This document shows, one piece after another, positions 60,476-64,000 of a DNA stretch of 64,000 nucleotides. The DNA is taken from assembly GCA_964016885.1 (NCBI GenBank), contig OZ024755.1, positions 22,754,001 through 22,818,000 on the forward strand, written 5' to 3'. Under the pieces are notes generated by a model. The model was not told the DNA's origin and ran no database searches. It saw only the letters and a program-made list of their open reading frames with translations. This DNA comes from Eledone cirrhosa (Eukaryota). Position 1 is the first letter of the stretch. Every line of letters begins with the position of its first letter. Made by a program: the position numbers and the translations under genes.

Positions 60476-63461
60476 ATATATTATACACACACACACATAT
60501 ATATATAACCTTACACACTTAAATATAAATGTATGTATGTATATATATGTCAGGTCACCAGTTGGTGCTACTGGTAACATGTATCCCAGTACAACCTGTC
60601 TCATGGCCGAGTCGTTGGCGACTAAACTGCCAACCCCACCAAGGTTTCTTGGTGAGGAGGGTGACTTTGGACATCCTGCAGGACTAAAAACAAAACCTGC
60701 CAAAGGAGCTCTTAAGAGTCAATGGCCATCCAAAATCACCGGGAGAGATGATCCCTTAGCCTTTGTCAAGGCAGAATTCTAGGAGAAGGAAAACTCTGAT
60801 ATAACACCTGCAACCCTGATGGTATCCAATGATGTTGACTTGTTCTTCTTTTTGGTAAATATCATCTTGGTTAAGAGTGGGACTGGCTTTGTGCAGTGCC
60901 TTTGCTCACTATAAAAGCTTCACGGCACAAGCATTGCTTTATATCTGGAGATCTCTCTGCACTTGCCGTCACATGGTACCATGGGCCCAGCACTATGTGT
61001 CAGTAATTGTCACAAGTGTAGTGTTTGTGCCAGAGTTTTCAAGTCGCTGGCTGGACTAAAAAGTCACACTCGTTCAGCGCATCGGTAGGGGTTCTCCTAC
61101 ATGGATATAAAGTAGTGGCCATACTCGAAAACGAGTTGGCAGCCACCATGTATGTATGTAGATTTATATATATACAAGGGCGGTGCCCCAGCATGGCCTC
61201 AGCCGGGTGGCTGAAACAGGTAAAAGAGTATATATAAATCTACATACATACATACATACATTTACGTATGTATATAGCTATGCATTTATACATTTGTATA
61301 TATACATTCATTTATATTGCAGTGGAGGCACATGGCTTAGTGGTTAGAGCATTGGCCTTGCAATCGAAAGGTTGTGAGTTCAATTCTCAGACCGGGTGAT
61401 GTGTTGTTTCCTTGAGCAAGACACTTTATTTCACATTGCTCCAGTTTACTCAGCTGTAGAAATGAGATGATAGGGACTGGGGTCCCTATCATTCCACTGC
61501 AAAGTGGTCGTGGAGGTGCCACGGCAAAAAAGCACCCAGCACTCACTGTAAATGAGGTTGGTGTTAGGAAGGGCATCCAGCTGTAGAAATCAAGCCAGAA
61601 TCAGTTCCCGTCCCACCCTTGCAAGCAGGGAAAAGCGGACGTAAAATGAAATGATGATGATGATGATGATGTGTAAGGATGTTGATATGATCTATGTGTT
61701 CTTTTTTTGGTAAGGAGAAAAATTTTGTCGTCAGATTTTATTACCCAGGGAGATTAAAAACCACACCTCTGACTGAAAGTTGACCAGGTTCTCAACATCA
61801 TCAAACACTAACGTCGGCCTGTGTATGTATATATGTATGTTCACCACCACCATTGCTTCTTTTTGTTGTCATTTCTATTGAAGTAGTCCTTATTTTCATT
61901 CACTTTGATTTCCTTTTATCTCCCTAGGGAATTCGTTGACAAGCTTCTCTATTTATTTTCTTCGTTTTCTTCATTCAAATCCACTCACACTGGCTGTCTA
62001 AGAGACTTACAAATATGACTTATAAAACTTACCAAACTAAAGGGGCTTCTAGCGCCCCCAAAGTTTCAGCCCCCCCACGTGGGAGGGGGCATATGCCCTC
62101 CGTTGAGAACCTTTGCTTTAGATAATGCATTGTCTGTAAAAAGGTTCAGTTCAACAATTAATGCAGATAGCTCATTTTTAAGAACCTTCCATTCCAATTT
62201 AAAACAAAACATTAGTAGTAAAATGAAAATATATAAAAGAGAAAACTCACTGGTTTGGGTATTTTGTTTGGATGAGGAAATACAAGTCTGTGTACGCTGG
62301 CAACTGTTGTGACTAAAATATATACTTTTCCTTGGTGTTCATGGACACTGGTGCCACCAAGTAATGGGGTGTCTTGAAATCGGTATCGAACATGAGAACC
62401 AACTAAATTATAATCCAAAGACTGTTCCACCAGCTCCAAAATATCTCCCGTAGCTCTCCTACAAAGAATATATAAATTGTTTCAAAGATATATTTTTTTA
62501 AAATGTCATTTAAAATTAAATTGTCTAAAAGCCTAAAGTCTGTTTTGATCCCGAAGGCTCACCAAGCCGGCACTTATCCCAGTTTCCGTGGTGTGAAGTG
62601 ACTGACAGTATAAGACTTTCCCTGGACAGGATACCAACTAGTGTTGGTACTCATTTTCAGCTGAGTATACTGGAGCAACATCAAATAAAGTGTCTTGCTC
62701 AAGAACACAGCACACAACCCAATCCAGGAATCAAACTCACAACATTATGATCGTATGTCCAACACCCTTACCACTAGGCCACATGCTTCCACTTGTGTAA
62801 AGGTATCAGTAATATATATGTATTGGATGCAGCTGACAGGTACATACATTTAGATTGCTTAGATAATGAAATAATGTGGAGGATTTGAAAATATAGTAAC
62901 CAAAATGCAGATAATTATAATAGTTGAATAAATAGGGTAAAGTAACTCTGGAAATGGAAAAAAAAAGTGAACAAAGCATGTCTGTCTACTTTTCAAATTC
63001 CGTTATGCTTAGTAGGTCAACCAAGTCTTGTTTAAAGTGGTGCATATTTAATACATATACATATGACAGGTTTCTGCAGTTCCATCTACCAAATTCAACT
63101 CACAAGGTCAATCTGAGGCCAAAGTAGAAGACATTTGGTCAATGTGCTGCACAATTGGACTGAACCCAGAACCAAGTGGTTGCCAAACAATGTTAACCAC
63201 ACAACCATGCTTGCACTTATGTGTGTGTGTTTACTGTTAGTATATATCCCTTAACTTAGTTTGACAAATAGAAAGTGAAACCAATGAAAGAATAGAAGAC
63301 AAAATTAATTGAAATGATATGTTAGAATGCCAGTGATATAGATACATACCAGTATATAAATCTGTTGCTTGCTGCAGAATTTGGTTGTGTGCTGTCTTGA
63401 TATGCATATCCACCTGATGTGTTGGAAACTTTGATGTCTTGTAAAGTACTGTCAGATCCTC
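23445..63461 (-). CDS. NUP160: Nuclear pore complex protein Nup160 (multi-exon, 5' exon outside window)
   Basis: 35 exons with GT-AG boundaries and consistent phases, total 4214 nt (about 1403 aa). Peptides such as [69 protein letters not shown] and MYEQGLRL match my recollection of Nup160. Confidence 0.95.
24127..24170 (+). pseudogene. tRNA-Tyr(GTA) fragment with intron remnant
   Basis: cagctcagttggtagcgtggaggactGTAg-tttagtt-attctta versus canonical TAGCTCAGTTGGTAGAGCGGAGGACTGTAG[intron]ATCCTTA; lacks acceptor stem and T arm. Confidence 0.65.
24617..24721 (-). CDS. NUP160: NUP160 exon
   Basis: [35 protein letters not shown]. Confidence 0.9.
24848..25065. mobile_element. piggyBac-like MITE (TTAA flanks)
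   Basis: ttaacctgttagcatttaa...gtaaatgctaaagggttaa; copies at 39937-40900 (interrupted by the Helitron), 43945-44130 and 54580-54670. Confidence 0.75.
25160..25600 (+). mobile_element. Decayed RTE LINE 3' fragment
   Basis: [14 protein letters not shown]...RLHRFGHV; GAT tail. Confidence 0.65.
25885..26070 (-). mobile_element. Second SINE family copy
   Basis: Close reverse complement of 37636-37820. Confidence 0.85.
26363..26500 (-). CDS. NUP160: NUP160 exon
   Basis: [33 protein letters not shown]. Confidence 0.92.
26570..27072 (+). mobile_element. RTE LINE 5' fragment (APE endonuclease N-terminus), decayed
   Basis: [22 protein letters not shown]...[10 protein letters not shown]...[11 protein letters not shown] with stops. 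Confidence 0.8.
27315..27875. repeat. Unclassified dispersed repeat of about 550 bp, copy 1
   Basis: Highly similar to 60598-61149, both embedded in TA-rich microsatellite. Confidence 0.85.
27899..28059. mobile_element. pogo/Tigger-type MITE
   Basis: TIR caggtaaaattccgttata / tataacggaatttcactg inside (TA)n. Confidence 0.75.
28281..28422 (-). CDS. NUP160: NUP160 exon
   Basis: [47 protein letters not shown]. Confidence 0.92.
29143..29262 (-). CDS. NUP160: NUP160 exon
   Basis: [31 protein letters not shown]. Confidence 0.9.
30066..30192 (-). CDS. NUP160: NUP160 exon
   Basis: [41 protein letters not shown]. Confidence 0.92.
30478..30710. mobile_element. piggyBac-like MITE, third family (ttaaccct(t)ttgatacc ends)
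   Basis: ttaaccctttc...aaaagggttaa; relatives near 35660-35900, 48655-48840, 51556-51820 and 53670. Confidence 0.6.
30956..31069 (-). CDS. NUP160: NUP160 exon
   Basis: [26 protein letters not shown]. Confidence 0.92.
31924..31987 (-). CDS. NUP160: NUP160 exon
   Basis: [21 protein letters not shown]. Confidence 0.88.
33207..33376 (-). CDS. NUP160: NUP160 exon
   Basis: [48 protein letters not shown]. Confidence 0.93.
34160..34265 (-). CDS. NUP160: NUP160 exon
   Basis: [35 protein letters not shown]. Confidence 0.93.
34416..34545. repeat. Near-perfect inverted repeat (63-bp arms, 4-nt loop)
   Basis: Arms differ at 2 positions. Confidence 0.95.
35470..35566 (-). CDS. NUP160: NUP160 exon
   Basis: [32 protein letters not shown]. 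Confidence 0.93.
36613..36707 (-). CDS. NUP160: NUP160 exon
   Basis: [31 protein letters not shown]. Confidence 0.93.
36950..37130 (-). mobile_element. CRE-like retrotransposon 3' remnant
   Basis: [12 protein letters not shown]...[20 protein letters not shown]. Confidence 0.55.
37178..37273 (-). CDS. NUP160: NUP160 exon
   Basis: [32 protein letters not shown]. Confidence 0.9.
37466..37604 (-). CDS. NUP160: NUP160 exon
   Basis: [28 protein letters not shown]...VNYYLK. Confidence 0.9.
37636..37820 (+). mobile_element. Second tRNA-derived SINE family (gagttcaaatcccgccgaggttaactttgcc)
   Basis: Copies (+) at 2050, 2690, 13680, 32110, 32860, 34880, 59845; (-) at 25890-26070, 28460-28990, 47400-47730, 53815-53960. 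Confidence 0.85.
38700..38855 (-). CDS. NUP160: NUP160 exon
   Basis: [33 protein letters not shown]...[10 protein letters not shown]. Confidence 0.93.
38856..39446 (-). other. U12-type (minor spliceosome) GT-AG intron in NUP160
   Basis: 5' site GTATCCTTTT; branch point TCCTTAAC at 38868-38875, about 12 nt before the intron end; no long polypyrimidine tract. Confidence 0.92.
39447..39603 (-). CDS. NUP160: NUP160 exon (followed by U12 intron)
   Basis: [20 protein letters not shown]...IIKILAKL; donor GTATCCTTTT. Confidence 0.9.
39974..40742 (-). mobile_element. Non-autonomous Helitron
   Basis: Minus strand begins TC, ends with hairpin ACCCAGGCAACGCTGGGT then CTAG; inserted at A|T with no TSD; three internal repeats of about 155-175 bp. 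Confidence 0.85.
40953..41038 (-). CDS. NUP160: NUP160 exon
   Basis: [28 protein letters not shown]. Confidence 0.85.
41968..42101 (-). CDS. NUP160: NUP160 exon
   Basis: [44 protein letters not shown]. Confidence 0.9.
42520..42732. mobile_element. piggyBac-like MITE, second family
   Basis: TIRs ttaacacttgacatcctgta / tacaggatgttaggtgttaa; related sequence at 24450-24590, 38385-38680 and 50670-50790. Confidence 0.65.
42751..42905 (-). CDS. NUP160: NUP160 exon
   Basis: [20 protein letters not shown]...[22 protein letters not shown]. Confidence 0.9.
43527..43672 (-). CDS. NUP160: NUP160 exon
   Basis: [34 protein letters not shown]...; acceptor chosen to fit phase. Confidence 0.8.
44271..44421 (-). 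CDS. NUP160: NUP160 exon
   Basis: [49 protein letters not shown]. Confidence 0.88.
45245..45353 (-). CDS. NUP160: NUP160 exon
   Basis: [36 protein letters not shown]. Confidence 0.88.
45417..45662. repeat. Minisatellite of about 22 bp (agtttataagatatcagtgggtt)
   Basis: About 10 imperfect tandem units. Confidence 0.9.
45952..46017 (-). CDS. NUP160: NUP160 exon
   Basis: [22 protein letters not shown]. Confidence 0.9.
47220..47324 (-). CDS. NUP160: NUP160 exon
   Basis: [35 protein letters not shown]. Confidence 0.93.
48412..48498 (-). CDS. NUP160: NUP160 exon
   Basis: [29 protein letters not shown]. Confidence 0.9.
49410..49960 (-). mobile_element. Decayed RTE LINE 3' fragment
   Basis: Reverse-complement similarity to 20200-20650. 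Confidence 0.8.
50175..50334 (-). CDS. NUP160: NUP160 exon
   Basis: [17 protein letters not shown]...[26 protein letters not shown]. Confidence 0.9.
50897..50994 (-). CDS. NUP160: NUP160 exon
   Basis: [32 protein letters not shown]. Confidence 0.9.
51865..51939 (-). CDS. NUP160: NUP160 exon
   Basis: [25 protein letters not shown]. Confidence 0.87.
52457..52545 (-). CDS. NUP160: NUP160 exon
   Basis: [29 protein letters not shown]. Confidence 0.88.
52706..52784 (-). CDS. NUP160: NUP160 exon
   Basis: [26 protein letters not shown]. Confidence 0.88.
53462..53576 (-). CDS. NUP160: NUP160 exon
   Basis: [38 protein letters not shown]. Confidence 0.92.
54860..54938 (-). CDS. NUP160: NUP160 exon
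   Basis: [25 protein letters not shown]. Confidence 0.9.
55095..55332 (-). CDS. NUP160: NUP160 exon
   Basis: [21 protein letters not shown]...CMPTIEEPG. Confidence 0.9.
56192..57700 (-). mobile_element. Decayed hAT transposase, Buster/Charlie (ZBED5/SCAND3-like) type
   Basis: [74 protein letters not shown]; several frameshifts. Confidence 0.92.
57690..58820 (-). mobile_element. Decayed hAT transposase, Tip100/ZMYM1-like type
   Basis: [49 protein letters not shown]; frameshifted. Confidence 0.9.
59113..59118 (-). CDS. NUP160: Candidate 6-nt microexon (Arg-Lys) of NUP160
   Basis: gatttcag|AGAAAG|gtaaga within a phase-0 intron. Confidence 0.45.
60548..61149. repeat. Unclassified dispersed repeat, copy 2
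   Basis: See copy 1; appears to extend about 50 bp further on the left. Confidence 0.85.
61327..61671 (+). mobile_element. tRNA-derived SINE (same family)
   Basis: Near-identical copy; more diverged relatives at 41280, 46658, 47850 (+) and 11910-12150, 44810-45045, 62560-62790 (-). Confidence 0.85.
62251..62458 (-). CDS. NUP160: NUP160 exon
   Basis: [18 protein letters not shown]...[15 protein letters not shown]; donor GTGAGT. Confidence 0.92.
63350..63461 (-). CDS. NUP160: NUP160 exon (first in window)
   Basis: [37 protein letters not shown]; 112 nt, AG/GT flanks. Confidence 0.9.
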
Positions 63462-63732
63462 CTGGTAAAATGTTGGGTTTAAAATAACATTTTAATAAAC
63501 AATTGATTTACAAAGCATCTAGAAATTTGAATATATTGTCACCATAATGCAGGCATCTCTGTTTTTCTATCTCCATGGGTATTTTACCCGATTTCTTCAA
63601 CTCTTTTGTGGTGACAATATTTTCAAATGAATTATTACATTTATGTAAATAAGTTAAAATACTGTTAAATTTACAACTACCAATTAACCCTTTTATAATC
63701 CACATTTCTAATGAAATACACTATTTCAATTA

Positions 63733-64000
63733 AGTAGAAAGGAAAATAGGGTACAGGTGCCATGCTCAGTGTGTAGGAAATTAGTAGGTAGAAATTCCAT
63801 TTTATGTGCCAAATGCAAACTATGGGTACATAAAAGATGTAGTGGGATCACAGGTAAGCTAATTAAGAACGTAGATTTTATATGTGGCCGATGCTCAGGT
63901 GCAATAAGTAGCAAGTGCCTACAGGATACTAGCTCCTTCTACTGCCCTCGGTGACAAAATCAGCAGTGGTGGAGGGTGCTCTGAAAGTACAGTAGGCAGA
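63733..64000 (+). mobile_element. Second fragment of the same RTE LINE
   Basis: Clear nucleotide similarity to about 400-725; [29 protein letters not shown]. Confidence 0.9.

Noticed and set aside
60179-60782. 174-aa and 189-aa ORFs
   Set aside because: Read through microsatellites and dispersed repeats; no recognisable domain.
61327-61400. tRNA-like sequence
   Set aside because: SINE head continuing into the SINE body; not a tRNA gene.

Overview
AT-rich, repeat-dense eukaryotic (metazoan) DNA. The SINE, MITE and RTE-LINE content resembles an octopod cephalopod genome (inference). Two multi-exon genes lie on the minus strand. (1) NUP160: 35 GT-AG exons reconstructed by hand between 63461 and the stop at 23445, 4214 nt with consistent phases; exon 1 lies beyond the window. 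It contains a clear U12-type minor intron (38856-39446) and a candidate 6-nt microexon (59113-59118). (2) A TCFL5-like bHLH transcription factor with 5 coding exons (18655 to 7326, about 561 aa), preceded by a CpG-rich promoter with CHR, E2F-like, MYB and CRE-like motifs. A probable first exon of a third gene lies at 3086-3333. Introns and intergenic DNA carry RTE LINE fragments with a PHD-like finger, CRE-like fragments, two tRNA-derived SINE families, mariner/pogo, piggyBac-like and hAT MITEs, a non-autonomous Helitron nested in a MITE, a chimeric pair of decayed hAT transposases, Penelope-type hammerhead-like motifs, several long hairpins and a tRNA-Tyr fragment. No prokaryotic-type system (CRISPR etc.) is present. 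All coordinates were read by eye; repeat boundaries are approximate.
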